Below the pieces are notes generated by a model. The model had not been told where the DNA came from and made no database searches. It saw only the letters and a list, made by a program, of their open reading frames with translations. Shown here in pieces: positions 14,101-28,653 of a stretch of DNA of 64,000 nt; the first letter of the stretch is position 1, and the number at the start of each line of letters is the position of its first letter. Source of the stretch: Tubiluchus corallicola. Taxonomy: Eukaryota; Animalia; Priapulida. The stretch spans positions 372,001 to 436,000 of the forward strand of contig JAQGDQ010000055.1 in NCBI GenBank assembly GCA_030141605.1, read 5' to 3'. The position numbers and the translations under genes are program-made.

Positions 14101-14734
14101 CAGGGCCGAATTAAGATCTCAAGAGGCCCTGAACACTGAATATATTCAGAGTAAAACGCAATACCGAACTGTAAAATGAAGTTTTATCTTTCGAAATGAA
14201 AAAAAGTTGCAACAAGATTTATTTACAGTAAATACAAAGCATCAGCTTTGCATTGTATGAAAAAGTGATATTAGATTAAAAATAGAGAAACTAAATCTTT
14301 GGCTAAATCTAATGTAGCCTAAACATAGTTAAACAATGCCTAGGCTAAATCTTATAAATGAGCCGCCATTTAGCATATCTACATGCGAATTGGATACCAG
14401 TAAACAAAGAGCAGCATAATATATAGTAAAAAACTTATCCTAGCAAACTCAGTGAAAACATTTTCATTTCTTATGCTAATTGAAATGAGTAAAAAATGCG
14501 AATACAAACATTTACTTAACAAATTTCTTATATAGAAATGGATGTTGGTCCATTTAATATTATATATGTTGCCGTCCGTACCGTCATATTGTAAACAATT
14601 GCAGAAGCTGCCACACATATTACCCTATCTCTTACTTTTGGGAAATTATTCGATTTAAAGAAACTGTGTGGGGGCCCTTTACCCCCGAGGCCCTAAGCAC
14701 GTGCTTATTTTGCTTAATGGTTAATCCAAGGCTA
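14101..14734. mobile_element. hAT-like MITE
   Basis: CAGGGCCGAATTAA...TTAATCCAAGGCTA imperfect TIRs, subterminal gaggccct motifs, degenerate 8-bp flanks atgataga/ataatagg. Confidence 0.55.
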
Positions 14735-15661
14735 ATAATAGGTTGCACTTTTAGGGCAAACCTTGTAACGAAAATTGATTCATTTTAGGTGAATATTGAA
14801 ATAGGCCCTTAGCTTATTGCATATGGTCATATGTTAACATATGATCTACCACGGTTGGCAGTTTGCCCTCTTGCAGACTCGACATTGTGTACCGCTTTTA
14901 TTGGGATGTCAGTATAACGCGCCTGTCAGTGTGGATGTTTTTTGCAGTCATACAGTGCAAATGTTAATTTGAAATTTTCGCGAAAGCTCGTGTAAATTTG
15001 TAATTTTGTATAGAATTTTACGCAATTTTTTTCGTGTATATAGAATAATGCGCGGCTATTGTAATGAAGTCACAATTTTGGCTAGGGAAAGTGACAGGAA
15101 ACAGTCACAATTAATTTTGGTTAGAGTTGAGGTTAGGGTTATTTCTTTTTTCCTGTGACTTTTTCTTGTGACTTTTTTACCCGTGAGATTTTTACCTGCA
15201 TTCGATTTGACAGCAGACTAAATTCCGAAACTACCTGATTATTTTGAGAATTTTGAGCTAGCTAATTGACCAGTGTCCGTTGACATTCGCCTATGACATT
15301 TCATTAGCAATAACATTATCTAGTAGCAACTCTCTAGCTATACATAGATGACATTCTTCTTGAAAGATAGACATTTATCTTATCTTTCCGCGTAGCGTAT
15401 AAATCAATGAATCTCAGAGTCTTTCTTGTAATTATTAAGCCATTCGCGAGATAGCATTTAGGAAAAGTTGGTGATTTTTCCTCGGTTTACACACAGGCAC
15501 CCGCGCTGCGCTGTGCTCGTGTAGTCCCAAGGTGACACTAAGTTGCCAGTCAACAGTTGCGATAGATCTAGACTCTAGAGCGTGTACAGGTGTTATGACA
15601 AAAGCTTCAGCAGAGTCTGAGTCCATGTACAGTAGACTTCCCACCTGCCTGAAATCAAATA

Positions 15662-15778
15662 AACAGTACCGGTGTGTGAAGAAATTCACAGTGACAAATA
15701 CTGACAATCACTAAATTTGACAGTACAGGTGTGTGAAGAAATTCACATTGACAAATACTGACAATCGCTAAATTTGAC
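15662..15778. repeat. Tandem duplication ~58 bp x2
   Basis: acagtac.ggtgtgtgaagaaattcaca.tgacaaatactgacaatc.ctaaatttg twice. Confidence 0.85.
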
Positions 15779-18700
15779 TTTAAGAGCCAAAAGTAGATTT
15801 TATTATGGAGAAAAAGTGGTCTTTTCCATATTTAAGATAAGGCCTGGAATACTAAAAGTGAATAAATCCGGCTGTAGTATTATTACATAAAATATGTTAA
15901 AAACAAAAGAGAAAAATGACTGTTATGCATGTTGATTCTGTTTTTGAACTTAGAGTAATTTTGTCACTGATTTATCAACTGTACATGATTACATAGCCAG
16001 GGAGTCCCTACACAATTTATACAATGGATATTTTAGCGTGTTTATATTAAATAAACCCGTTTTCTCTGCCAACCCATGTGACGTCACTAAACCTTTATAG
16101 TTCATGGAGGCAACTTCGTTGATAACATGCTTTTGCACATAAAATGTCCTAAATCTATTTAACCTGGTTGCTCCAGCGTAGTATTTGCCGTCTAATTTTA
16201 CGTGTAGCTACTGTGCATATATTAAAACTGGCTGGAGAGCGTAATCTTTCGAGATGTGACAGTATTTACAAACAGTATCACGTGGTAGGATAAAACAGTC
16301 GTTTCAAACATGTAGCTAAGGTTACAATCAGGCAACATTAAGTTTTTTTAAATCAGTTAAGTAGGATACTTTGTGAATACTTTCCTCATTAGCGAGTAAC
16401 GAATCTGTTACTTTTTGAAAAATTAGCACCACAACTAACATTAACTATGCTTATTTTTGTAGTAAATCGATGTTATATTTGTCTTATTAGGCCTCTTTAT
16501 CAAATCGTGCATGTATGTATTTAAGGGGGCTTTTTAGAGCTTGTCAAGCCATCTTCATTCACCAGCTTCATCATCTATTGATGAACCGATAATAACGTCA
16601 CAGGAAAACGGCCACAATTAATTTTGATTAGGGGTTAGGGTTATTTCTTTTTTCTGTGGTTTTTTGCTTTGAATTTTTTATCTGCGACTTTTTACCTGAA
16701 TGCCACCTACTACTAATAATAAGACAAAATACGCCGTAGAGTATCTTTTCAAGTACGGGCTTGATTTTAATAATACATTTTGATCAAGTTATAAGTGGGA
16801 TGAAAACTCAAAGTCATGTAAGGCGTGCATTGTAGGGCTGTAATTGCTATTGTAATGATTTACAACAAGTTACAGATATAACGGTAATAATTATGTCGCT
16901 AATTAAAAGGCTTATTAATAACATGTGAATGGTTAGCGTTCTGTGGGCCTGTGACCCTATTTAGTGCAATATTTCAGCTTTTACAAAGCTAGGGTTCAAT
17001 AACATGAGCCTGGTTTCCTCGCCAACTGATTTAAAAATCCCAGTGTGTTATTTTTGGGATGTGATTGTTTTCTTATCAATATTTTTAAAGCCGTAAGTAG
17101 GTAATTGCGAGCAAAGGACTCGCTGTTAGACTCATTCATCCTCTAAAATGGATTAACTGAACATTCTGGATCATTTCTGCTTTGTTTACAAACACAAGGC
17201 CCTTGTAAAATTCTTGACGCACTTTGCAGTCTAATGTCTGGTCTCTGTGTACGTTGCCTTCATTACAATTTGCAGATACGCAATGAAAACTGCCATCTAG
17301 TTATCGATCAGGTTCCAAATTGATTAACTTCCATTGCTAAATGAACACCGCGACGAATCGGCGATCTGTCGCCTCTCGTTTATAAAATCTTATTTGATTA
17401 CCTACAGTTGCGAAAATGTACTTTTTTGTGAAAGTTCTTAAAAACGCGCCGTTCTGATTGTACAGGTAATTAACCAAGTGGCTTACTTGATAGCCAACGT
17501 ACTATTCTCGTTAATCTCGGGAATAGGTCCTTACTTCTTACTCCCCATCTCTTCAACATTATACTACTAGGAAAGCTGAAATACTGAGGGTTGCTATTAA
17601 TTAATGAATGTATCGGTGAATGAATTTGGTTTTATGCAAACTCTGCTCTCGTATTGCATAGGAGAAAGAGCTTATTGCTCAGTGATTTAATTGCTCAATT
17701 ACGCAGAAAACGCCAAATACGGCGGATCTATGATCAAGGTGTACAGAATGGGGCTGTTCTACATTCAACATTAGTGAACTTGATTATTCCGATCAACGTG
17801 GCAAATAGGTTATTAAAAATCACATTAAGGTGTTCGCATCAAGACCTTCTCTTCCTGGGCGGTCATTTTTGTCCCATTGTACGTATGAGGATGTGCTCAG
17901 GTGAGTGACCGCTTGACCAGTGTCCGCATCACTGGTAGGATTAATGTTTGAAGATTCTTTCAAGTGTTGTATTTCTACCTGAGCTCTCCGCAGGTCGTTA
18001 CCTGCATGACCTTGGAGAGGATTTGTGAAGATTTCAGGGACAAGACTGTTTTTACAATCTTGAGTTGTTGCATTTGCCTGCACTGCTGCTGCATGAAATT
18101 TTAACCTACTCTCTCGGCGATCTCAAATGCATTTATATTTTGCACAACCTCAGTGGTTTGACTAACTATTATAGGTGCCCACTGCTCTGCGAAGTGCCCA
18201 GTAAGTAGAAAAACAGTAGTATTATATGGGCTTACCGATTCCTAATGCAATGTAACTGACTAAGTAATGTGGGCCATATAATATCAGTTCAATCTGTCTG
18301 TTTGTCTATCACCAGCTTTTGTGAGCCATGGAGTGGTCTAGAAAGCTATATTTGTTAATTTAATTAAATAGGTTTTGCAAATTATACTTGTTTTTTTCGA
18401 TCGCATCTAATGGTCTTCGATTACGAAAAATGTTTATTGGTATTAAACCTTAGCTTTATACGTAACTTAACTCTTAATTAATAAAAAAATCAATCGCACT
18501 GTAAAGTGAAAAAACAACACTAAATCGCCCTAATTTCGTTGTTGGGACATTTTCAATTATTTTTCCAAACCTTGACATTTTGATGACTTGGAGAGATTGC
18601 TTTCGGGTTAAACGGTGTGATGTGGTTTCGTTGTTCAAGTTTAAAGCAAAAGCGTGATTCGTTAAGCTTGATTTTTTCCTTAGCTTTGATATTGAGTGTG

Positions 18701-19048
18701 TATTACTGAAACAAGGACTAACAATATCGCTTTTGTTTGTAACTTGAGGTTTACTATCCAAATTGCGCTAACGTTTTTTTAAACGTGGTTACAGGTTTCA
18801 GTGTCCAGTAAAGGGAGAAAAGAGGTTGTTGGTTTTGGTGTTATTTTTGAGAGTTCACCTCTACATCCCTTTACTGAGCTTCCATTTCTTTTCCAAGATT
18901 ACAGATAGTCAGTTCTAGCTGTGTGAATCTTATGCCCTCTTTCGTGACCTTCCCTATGCTGGCTTCTTCCAACTACGTAACTAGTATTATTGAATTTCTT
19001 TGGTGCATGTATTGCTGTGCTACATTTGTCAAAATCTTGCTTTTATAG

Positions 19049-19102
19049 GGTTATGAGAGCTCGCTACTCAAGATGACAAGTAAAAACGGCAAAACGCAAT
19101 CG
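19049..19102 (+). CDS. cpo: cpo exon (GYESSLLKMTSKNGKTQS)
   Basis: ttttatag acceptor, GTAAGT donor, 54 nt, phase 0/0; continues RRM1. Confidence 0.92.
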
Positions 19103-19431
19103 GTAAGTATCCCTTGACATTTATACAAAGCAAAGATTGTCATTAGGTGAAGTGCTAAGAACTTATCCAAGTCAGTCAGGTTTTAAAAAGCATAAAAGAA
19201 GCCATTGTCTTAGTTACAGAGTAGGCAGTTTTTCCCTTTAATATACACTTAGTAGTTTATAGATTAGGCTATACATATATAAACCAAGTGAAAAAAATAA
19301 TTGAGAACAGCTAATTTGCACACAACTTTAATTCCTGTAAGTTTTTTGATATATAGTCTAGTCAGTACCCAGGCCAGATTAGATCTGTTCCACTATTATG
19401 CTGAGTACAGATTCTGTATCGTCTCAGGTGA

Positions 19432-19870
19432 TGACTAGAGTATGGACTCGGGCACCAGACCAGACTACGACTTTAGCTACGAACAAGGCTGTGGAGTCGG
19501 AGTCGGCAGTAAATTTACTGCTAAATGAGTCGGAGTCGAGACTTGGGAGTGCACTTATTGTTAGAGGAGTCGGCGTTAGAGTCTGTAAAAAATAGGCAAA
19601 CTCCAGTTACTTTTAAGTTTTGACGTTTTTAAGCATAACGCCCCATTTTGCGATGCTTTCGTATTGGTGTCTATGCAGCTAAACTATTTTTTGAGCATAA
19701 GAAGTAGTGATGAAATGCCACTGTAGCTAAATATTGAGAGTACTACAAACTATCACTTAAAGGCAGGAGTCAGGAGTTGGGGTTCCAAAAATGTTAGGAG
19801 TCAGAGTTGGATCTAAAATTTTTGGAGTCAGAGTTGGATCTAAAATTTTAGGAGCCGGAGTTGGATCTTC
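19432..19870. mobile_element. MITE-like remnant with GGAGTC(G/A) subterminal repeats
   Basis: Clusters of ggagtcggagtcgg / ggagtcagagttgg, typical of a common hAT-derived non-autonomous family; ends not resolved. Confidence 0.45.
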
Positions 19871-20146
19871 TAAATCGCAAACGAATGTAATTTTCAACGT
19901 CAAAAACATTCCACTAGCGTGTTGGCGCGTGTTTGTGAAAGCGAAAATTGAAGTACAGTGCTACAGTAAGATATATTCAGTGTGTTGTACTAAAACTAGG
20001 CAAGACTTAAAACATAAATTCAAATTTCAAGGCAAATTTGTGTAGTAATAATTGTTCACGTAAGTCATTCTTTAAAAAATAGTATGTTTCCTTTCAATAT
20101 TTTAAAGAATACGTTGTTCTGACCTATAGTTTAACATTGGGTCTAG

Positions 20147-20331
20147 TTTTGCTTTGGTAAGCAATAAAATTACGTTAAATAACACGCAAAAAATTACCAT
20201 TCCGGGGGGTTTGCTTTAGTAAACAATAAAATTGCGTTAAATAACACGCAAAAAATTACCATTCCGGGGGTTTTGCTTTGGTAAACAATAAAATTACGTT
20301 AAATAACACGCAAAAATTACCATTCTGGGGG
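20147..20331. repeat. Tandem repeat ~62-63 bp x3
   Basis: ttttgctttggtaaacaataaaattacgttaaataacacgcaaaaaattaccattccggggg three times. Confidence 0.9.
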
Positions 20332-20810
20332 TTGAGATTCAGTACATCATCCTCTGATAATTTTCTCATTTTTTTTACATAATTTTATTGTTTAATAGCT
20401 ACTATACTATACAGGTCTAATTTTTTCCTAGAACTGACTTTGTTATTTTTGTAGTGTTTTTCTTAGACCTTTGGACAATTTTTTGTGATCATCGTACTAA
20501 ATGTTGTTTTTGACCTTATTTTCAGCTTAGTAATGGTTTTCATGCAGAAGTGATCATTGCTACTGTAAATAAAGCGAGTTGATTTCTAGGAACTGGTTTT
20601 TTGCATGTTTGACTAACTGTTTATTTTGAAATATGACTATAAGTCTTGATATTTGATGCTTTTCGAAGGTTTTATTACTAGTAATGGTAAACAGCATTTA
20701 AAATCAATAAGCTATTCCTACAGCTAAATAATCTTACTTTTAACTTTGAACACGTGAAATTGATGTATGAATCTTTAATGTAACCATTACAAATTTTTCA
20801 CCGTTTTTAG

Positions 20811-20873
20811 CCGGTTGGTTTCGTTACATTTCACACAAGAGCTTCAGCTGAAGTAGCCAAACAAGATTTACAG
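20811..20873 (+). CDS. cpo: cpo exon (RRM1 RNP1: PVGFVTFHTRASAEVAKQDLQ)
   Basis: cgtttttag acceptor, GTAAAC donor, 63 nt, phase 0/0. Confidence 0.93.
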
Positions 20874-20979
20874 GTAAACAATGACAAATTTGTTTATTTA
20901 CTTGTTTATTATTTAGCACTGTTTTGCATATAATAACATGTGCATATAGGTATTGTTGTTTACTGGTAGGTACTGACTG

Positions 20980-21262
<283 letters not shown>

Positions 21263-22842
21263 CCCCCATCTTCCTCTTTCCGTTTGTCTTTCTCTCCCTT
21301 TCTGTATTCTTTATTTACTTTATTCTATTTTATATTATATTTTATTTTATTTTTAAAATAAAAGAGATTTAATAAATAAATAAATCTGTCTTCTCTCTCT
21401 TCTTTCTCTCCCTCTCTCTCATAATGAAAATCACGAGGTAGGTTCATATGCTTTGTTTTTGCTCAAACAGAAACAGAACAAAATGCTGGTATTTCATTTC
21501 TTAAGTTCTCGGTTTTGTCTCTAGTGAACCAGCCACATACTGTAAAGTTGTTGAATTGCTTTGTAAATCTGATGGGTTGAGTTCACCTGTCATTAGACAG
21601 TGATATTGATTTTGACCCAGTTTTGTTCAGAGCTGTGCTTTTAATCTCAGCATGCACAGTGTGCATACCAAACAGTGTGTAAGTCTTTCGTTTATCCCCT
21701 TATTAAAATTACGTAACCGATGGTCACAAATCTCTATACATTCCCAGAGAGACTAAAGATGTTGAATAATGATACATTCAGGTGCTTAACTGCACTGTGT
21801 GTCAGTCGTGGGAATAGACCCACCAATTCTTTAGCCTATTCATGAATTTTAGAAGGGAAGAAAAGGCAATTTTAAAGCAAGTCCCAAAAAAATTTTCCAC
21901 ACAAAGCTACGTTACTTAGCATTAAACTTGCTTGCTTGAAGCTCTGTATAAGTAGAAAAGAAAATTCTTAGTAAATGACAATGTTTATGCCAACTGGTAA
22001 AATGTCATTTACTTACCTTCCCACTGTGTCACCAAAAACGTATTTTTAATCTTATTGACAAGATGCATTGATTTGTAATTTTGTTTAGTTAGCAAAGAGT
22101 GTGCTACGAACGAAAGTTCTGGTTATTTTTTCAAACTACAATGTCATTTTAACTTGTTTCAAACGACATTGTTAAATTGGCTGCGCCTTACGGTTGTCGC
22201 GGAATTTAAATTTACAAGTTTTATACAAAGTACTGCTTACACAAGCTCTGTATGCAATAAGACAGCTTGTAAGTGATGTTAAATTTCAAGACGATTTTAT
22301 TTTTTAGTTTTATTTAACTAGAGGGGTTTCTTATGCTTTAACTAAATTATGGTTGCTTGGCAGGCATATTAATTTAATATCTTGTTATGTTTGCTGTTAC
22401 AAAATTGAGAATAAAATATCTTAAATTTGTAATTGTGTGTTGTGAACCCTAAATGTTATGAACATAGGACAGGACAATGCCCTTATGAATTAAAAGGAGA
22501 ACGTGTGTTACGCAGGTTAAATCGGTAACAAAGCAATATTGTTAAGATGCTGCTAGTTTTTGTGAGTGATTAACTAACTACCGAATTTTCGTAAAATGTT
22601 TGCAATTAAAAAAATAATAATTAAGAAAAATGAAATTGGGGAAATCGTTCAACAAAAGGAGGCGTGTAAGGAAGCGATTGATGTAGATAATTATGTTAAA
22701 TTGCTGTGCTTTAAAATGTCCATTCATTAAGCTTCATTAAGTTTTTCTATGAATTTGTGAGTGCTGTTTTGTGTTCAAGTGTGAATGGATGTAAATCATA
22801 TGCAGATTTAAACATAAATATGGAGGGTAATATTATCCATTT

Positions 22843-23110
22843 CACAGTTTCATTGTGCGCACAAGCAATTGGTGCAGGTCAAAGGTTAGGTGTATCACAG
22901 CAACGCGTCTTGACTGCAACCGTCACGTGATATGCATGTAAAGCAAAGCTGTCTACCGCGTCAGTTCAGTAACTTCAATTGTTTGACGTGGACTTTACTT
23001 AATTATACATCAGTCTATGCATAGAATGATTTCCTAGCAGGATCTTGCTTCGGAACAAGAAACATTGAACTAGATAAGGTTCTTGCTAGCTGTTAAAACT
23101 GTTACTATTA
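22843..23110. mobile_element. MITE family M3, partial copy
   Basis: tcacagtttcattgtgcgcac...ggtcaaagg...tggactttacttaattat...gctagctgttaaaactgtt shared with 27311-27600 and (inverted) 36149-36520. Confidence 0.65.
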
Positions 23111-24162
23111 TTTGCCAACCAAGTAATTCATTGCTTATACATTTTGGAAGAAATAGATTTTAGAATGTGATTTTGTTTTCAAATTATAAGACGTTATTAC
23201 CTCGTTGATTCTTTTGCTTTTCAGTACTGTTTAAAAATTAAAAAATTGAAATGGTAAGCAGTCAGATAGTAACAGGTGCAAGATTTTTCAAAAGCCAAAA
23301 ATTTTTAAAAGGTAGTTTTAAATGCTGTCATTATCTACTTTAATATGGATAGCGGCTTAAAAATTTCATTTGATGTCGTGTGCCGTCTCATTTCTGCTGT
23401 TAGCTTTACCATTGTGTAGTGTCGGAGCATGAAAAGTCTAGGTAACGTTTCCCTGGCTTGTGAAACCATTGCCGAGAGGAAACCATTCTCATTTGGCTTC
23501 GTTTACTTAAGTGTCAGGTGTTGTTCATATTGATTTCGTGTGTCAATACCACTTTTAACTCAAACTTTGAGTGCGAAATAGTTTTCATGCATTTGCAAAG
23601 TTCACGGCAGTGCTGATGTTAAGTGTTGATCCAGGTGGAAGTAGCAGAATCCACTACCAAGTATGTATTAGAACTTAACAAAAAAAAGAAGTTTTATGTC
23701 CTTTACAATTTGATTTCCTGATAAACGAATTTCGTTTGTTTTATTGGGGAAGCTCTGTCATTTTGTACATTTATTTTGTAAGTTATGATAAAAGACATAA
23801 ATCTGTCAGATTTGCTTTTGTTGTTGATTAATTCAGCATTGTTTGAAAAGTAGATTAGTGCATATAAACAACATGTGGTTTAAGTATAGAAAACTACAAT
23901 AAGCCAATCATAAATTCATTTGTTTTGTTTACAACAACGTAGTGTTATTGGCCAGGAGTGCCATAAAATTAGAATCATTACAAGCAAGAGCTAGTCACTT
24001 TGCAGGTAATGCCCGCCTTGTTTTTACTGCAAACATTAATTCAGTTTTTGACTGTTTTACATGTTTGCTTTTTGTGTGGGAAAATTTGCGTTTACACATG
24101 AATGTTTGTGCATTTCGTACGCGTGACTGCTAGCGAGTGATTGTCGATTTTTCTTGTTGCAG

Positions 24163-24301
24163 CAGGGTGTTAGATTTGATCCTGATTTACCTCAGACACT
24201 GAGACTAGAGTTTGCCAAGAGCAACACGAAAGTCAGCAAGCCAAAACAGCAGAGTCCGCAGCCAGCGGCCCACCCAACGATCGTTTATCCGTTTGCAGCT
24301 C
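24163..24301 (+). CDS. cpo: cpo exon ((Q)GVRFDPDLPQTLRLEFAKSNTKVSKPKQQSPQPAAHPTIVYPFAA), NAGNAG acceptor (alternative start 24166)
   Basis: ttcttgttgCAGCAG acceptor, GTAAGT donor at 24302, ends in phase 1; end of RRM1 matches the cpo family. Confidence 0.93.
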
Positions 24302-24541
24302 GTAAGTGTAACGCAGCTTTAATCAATTTATAACAAGTGAAACTACCGTGTGTTACTGTCAGGTGTTTTGAAAGTGTTGACTACTTTGAGTAATTTAATC
24401 TGATGTTTTCATTAAGGGGCCCAAAATGTCAAAATCCTGATTTTCTACCTGTGCTGTTGACAAACTTGCAGACTAAGTTTTCTACTGTTTATAGTTTGTT
24501 TATTTTTATTTGCTATAATTTGTTTATCTTCATTTGTTATA

Positions 24542-24827
24542 CAGGTAGTCGTCGACTGACGACTATAGTATGTCTGGCGAATTGGTTGTAAGACGAATTG
24601 GACGCAAGTCGATCTCATATATTCAAGCAGTGCGCCCCCTACATGCAAGACATTGCGCGTTTACGCGCACTAAATATGGCAGCACCTACGATAAATTTAT
24701 CAAAATAGATAGCTATTTAAAGTTAATTTGTTTAAAAAATGGAATAAAATATAAGTTATAGTGTGATTAATTAATTAAGTTGCGGTTGGGTCTTAAATTC
24801 GAACAGTTGCAAGTTGACGACTACCTG
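24542..24827. mobile_element. Tc1/pogo(Tigger)-like MITE
   Basis: TA|CAGGTAGTCGTCGACT...AGTTGACGACTACCTG|TA, 15/16 TIR match with TA duplication. Confidence 0.85.
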
Positions 24828-25129
24828 TAAAAGCACTTTACATTTTTGTAGCGAAGTTTATCCCGGCTTTCATAAGAGCACAATCATTTTTCAGTCGATA
24901 TGTAAATTTGTGCATTGACATTTTAAAATGGAAGGTTTTGCATATTTTCAGCTAAATGGGTTCCGTATGCAGACACTGGTGCGCTATCCGCAAGAACGGT
25001 AGACTTCGGTATGTATTTTTTGCTGTAGGAAAATTTTAGGATTTTTTCGTTGTAGCTAGCACTCTAGTGACTGCAGGAAGTGAAAACATTTCTCACATAG
25101 CGTAGTGGCAAAATTGAACTTAAAATTAA

Positions 25130-25683
25130 AGGAAAGGACAAGTCACTTAGCATGTTTTTTACTATTATCACTTAAGCTTAGAAAAATACCACAAATTTGC
25201 AAAAAACTGTCTATAAAGCATGAAGTTCATTTGTACTGTCGCTCAATAGAAACTTTCAGGTGCTGTGGTAGCCACCATTCTGTTGAAAATTATGATGTAA
25301 TTGGTGGACTTCGTGACTTTTCTTAAATGCTTAGTAGCTTTCTATAAGCGCGCTTTGCTTCAACTGATTTAAACTTGTGCAGTTTGTCTAATGGTCATGT
25401 GATAATATCACAAAATTAGCTACGTACTTTTTATAAAAATTTGTTATACTTTTGACGTTCCTTTTCTTCAGCCGATGAACGACATCATTAGTGGAAGAAT
25501 GAGTGTTCAAAATTGGAGCACTCGTGAGTGAAGTGATCGCAGTTTTAAAGTGATTTTGAAATGATCGCGATTTTAAAGTGATTTCTCTAATTACACGAGA
25601 TGCTTGACTCACTTTTATTACTTTCTAGCATTTTTCATTCACATTGAAGTAAGCTTAACTTTCCAGAAGGCTTGGCCTTTCCT
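25130..25683. mobile_element. Non-autonomous DNA transposon, family K2 (Kolobok-like)
   Basis: TTAA|AGGAAAGGACAAG...CTTGGCCTTTCCT|TCAA; similar to 13528-14048. Confidence 0.65.
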
Positions 25684-27310
25684 TCAAGAATCATTGCATT
25701 GCAGCAGTCAAACCTGTTAAGTGAGATTAGAAGGTTTCCTATTTACTTACGTAACTCTTGTGATGTAGCCACCTTCGAAACACATTAAATTAATAACGAA
25801 AAATTGCCGTAATAATACCTGTTGCTATGTCCGTATGTGTGTATTCCTGTCAGACATTTCTTGAGTTTTTCGAAATAATTATATGGCATTGTTTACTTGT
25901 GATTGTTTGTTTACATTGTTTTTGTGAAACCTTGCTTGTGAGTGTTTGTTTACTTTGTTGTTGTGAAACCTTGCTGTGTTTGTTTTACTTGACCCAGTTC
26001 TGTCATTATTTGAAAATGCTTCCTGTCTGCTCAATTACTGTTCAACTTTATTCATCAAAAGAGCTGTGACAGCCATTACTACTAGATATACTAATTGTTT
26101 TTAACTTATTTACTACTAATGACTCTGCGGCAGCCACTGAAGAGACTGTATTTGTCCCTTACGACAATTCGGTCGATTGTAAAACTTTGTACAAGTTGGT
26201 CAACTGATTATGGGACAAACACAGTATTCAATGGCTTTAATAGGGTTTTTAGTAATAGGTGAATAGCATTTTTACTGCTATCTTCCTTCGTTTGTAATTT
26301 TCATCCTCTTGTGTGATTCAAGATTGAAAAATACATTCGGTTGTCATAATCTTTTTACCTGCTAGTCATTCAGCAAGAAAATTTTCGAAATTTTGCAGTT
26401 TTAGCACTAATGTTTTCTATCCTTTGTGTTATACCGTCATTAAAACCCTCTGCTAAAGCAGAATTCCGCGTTATGAATTCTTTTCATTGTAGACAGCAAT
26501 TTGGTACTTTCCTTGCATTCATTGGTACCTAATCATGGTGATATCAGTGTAGTTCAACAATGAATCAAGCAGATGGAGAAATTATCTTCCATTTTTTGCA
26601 TTTTTCTTGCCTATAAAGCGAGTAAAGTTTGGGGGGGGGGTAATGTGGAACAGGTTTTTGCACTGGATGTTCATTTTAACGCTCCAGCTGAATTGTGTGA
26701 TTTCGTAGAGAGGTTTTAAATGCTTTCTAGTTGAGTGTTTTTCTATCGTATAATTACAGCACCACAGAGCCGGTTGGCGGTGTCTATCGTTTTTTGTGAA
26801 CTTTGCGATTACTGCGCCCTCCGTTGCGTGACATTGATGATAAAATTGCGTCTAATTTGTGCGCGTTCGCACGGCTGACAACATAATGATTAACAGCTCG
26901 TTTGCACATGCTGACGTACAGTTTTTGTTGCAAATACAAGAAAAATTGTATTATTCATATAATAAGCTGCTCTTTAAAAAACTGTAACCTTGAAAGCACA
27001 GTGAAGGCGTGCTGAGCTGTTTGTTATAATGCGTACTGAATGAAATCTTGAGTGTAAATATTGCAGATTCAGCTTGTAGTTTAAGCGAGTTTTGCTGGGC
27101 ACGAAGCTACTCAACCATTTCCATTTTCAGCCTGTGTGTCCTGCTACTGCTAATATTGCCAGTTTCTTAAGACCATCATAATAATAAGTCGCTAAGTGCT
27201 GTAATATTAGTTCTTTCTATGAGGCAGCAATGATCTTCAATGGAAAACCAAAAAACTTTGCTGATTTTTTGTATGTAAGCTATACAAGTGACTTGAATTT
27301 TCATAACACA

Positions 27311-27600
27311 ATAAGCCTTATCACAGTTTCGTTGTGCGCACGCGCAGTTGCTGTAGGTCAAAGGTTTTACATGGACTTTACTTAATTATGCATTAGTCTG
27401 TGAGTATAGTGATTTTCTAGCAGAATCTTATTTGGTGACAAGGAAAAATGGCAAAGTTTTAGCTAGCTGTTAAAACTGTTGCTATTACAATAGCATGGGC
27501 TGCGAGGCATTGTCAAGTGTATACAACTTGGTTGTCTGGTACACTTAACTTTTGACCTTTCACGATCATCATCAGTCGCTAAAACTGTGAAAAGGCTTAT
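27311..27600. mobile_element. MITE family M3
   Basis: ATAAGCCTTATCACAGTTT...AAACTGTGAAAAGGCTTAT terminal inverted repeats. Confidence 0.8.
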
Positions 27601-27785
27601 TGGGCGTTTTCTCAAAATATTTAGGATGGTAGTATGTGAAAGTATTTAAGTATTACATTAAGGTATTAATCTCAAAATTTAGAAGCTATTACATACATTG
27701 ATGGCCGAAGTAAAACGTCTCATATTATTGCTAACATATTATACTGTTATTTGTGTAAAGTACATTTATATACGTTGTATTTCAG

Positions 27786-27907
27786 CCACGGGGACGAGTT
27801 TTCTGCCCGAAACTTGGGCCCATCATCCACTAGCCGCAGCCTACACAGAGCTCACACCGGCGACTATGCCGCACCCCGCACTTATGCACCCTGCACTACA
27901 CGCACAG
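27786..27907 (+). CDS. cpo: cpo exon, Pro/His/Ala-rich linker (PTGTSFLPETWAHHPLAAAYTELTPATMPHPALMHPALHAQ)
   Basis: tatttcag acceptor, GTACTA donor, 122 nt, phase 1/0 fits both neighbouring exons. Confidence 0.88.
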
Positions 27908-28653
27908 GTACTAATCTTCACACTTTTTACCGAATGCAGTATTCAAGTACTAATCAATGGCGTCATCTCACATTAATGTTTAATTAGTTCATCAACTGAT
28001 TGCTCGTGATTTATGGCCACGTCGGTTTATGGACTAATTAGAATGCAATGATGATATTGTGTAGTGTTTCGCCGATAACAATTAACTTAATTAAAAGGTT
28101 CGTGCAAGGAGAATAAGATGAAGTAGGCCATTCAATAATGGCAATGTAGTGCATCAGCTTTTTGTCTTTTACTGTTCATCAATCGTGATTATTAGTTTTG
28201 TTTTTATTGATCCTTTGAAATTTGTAATTTTTTTCTAGTTAAATTTGTTTTAATTTTACGTATAGTAAAAGAGTGATTTACGAAAGTGTTCTGCGGTCAA
28301 ACTAGTTGACTAGAGTATAGATTCTAGTATTTAGTTATAGTTTAGTTCTGAAAAACACAAGTAATTATCGTTTGAAATGTACTTGAGATTTTTGTTTGAT
28401 TAAATTGAACTGTTCAGCAAAAAGCAATAAGTTCAGAAATTTAACTCAATTATTTTTCTCCATATTATGAGTTTTAATTACTGAAACTGCATTTAAAATG
28501 TTATTGCTCAATGACTTGCTCCAAGTAGTAGTGGTCTTACTAAAACTGTAATTCAGTGCCTACTTTGCTCCTTGGATTTGACTATTAGAAAGTGTTATTA
28601 TTGTTGTTGATTAAAAAATTTAAGCTTTTGGATACCTGAATTGCTAGAATATA

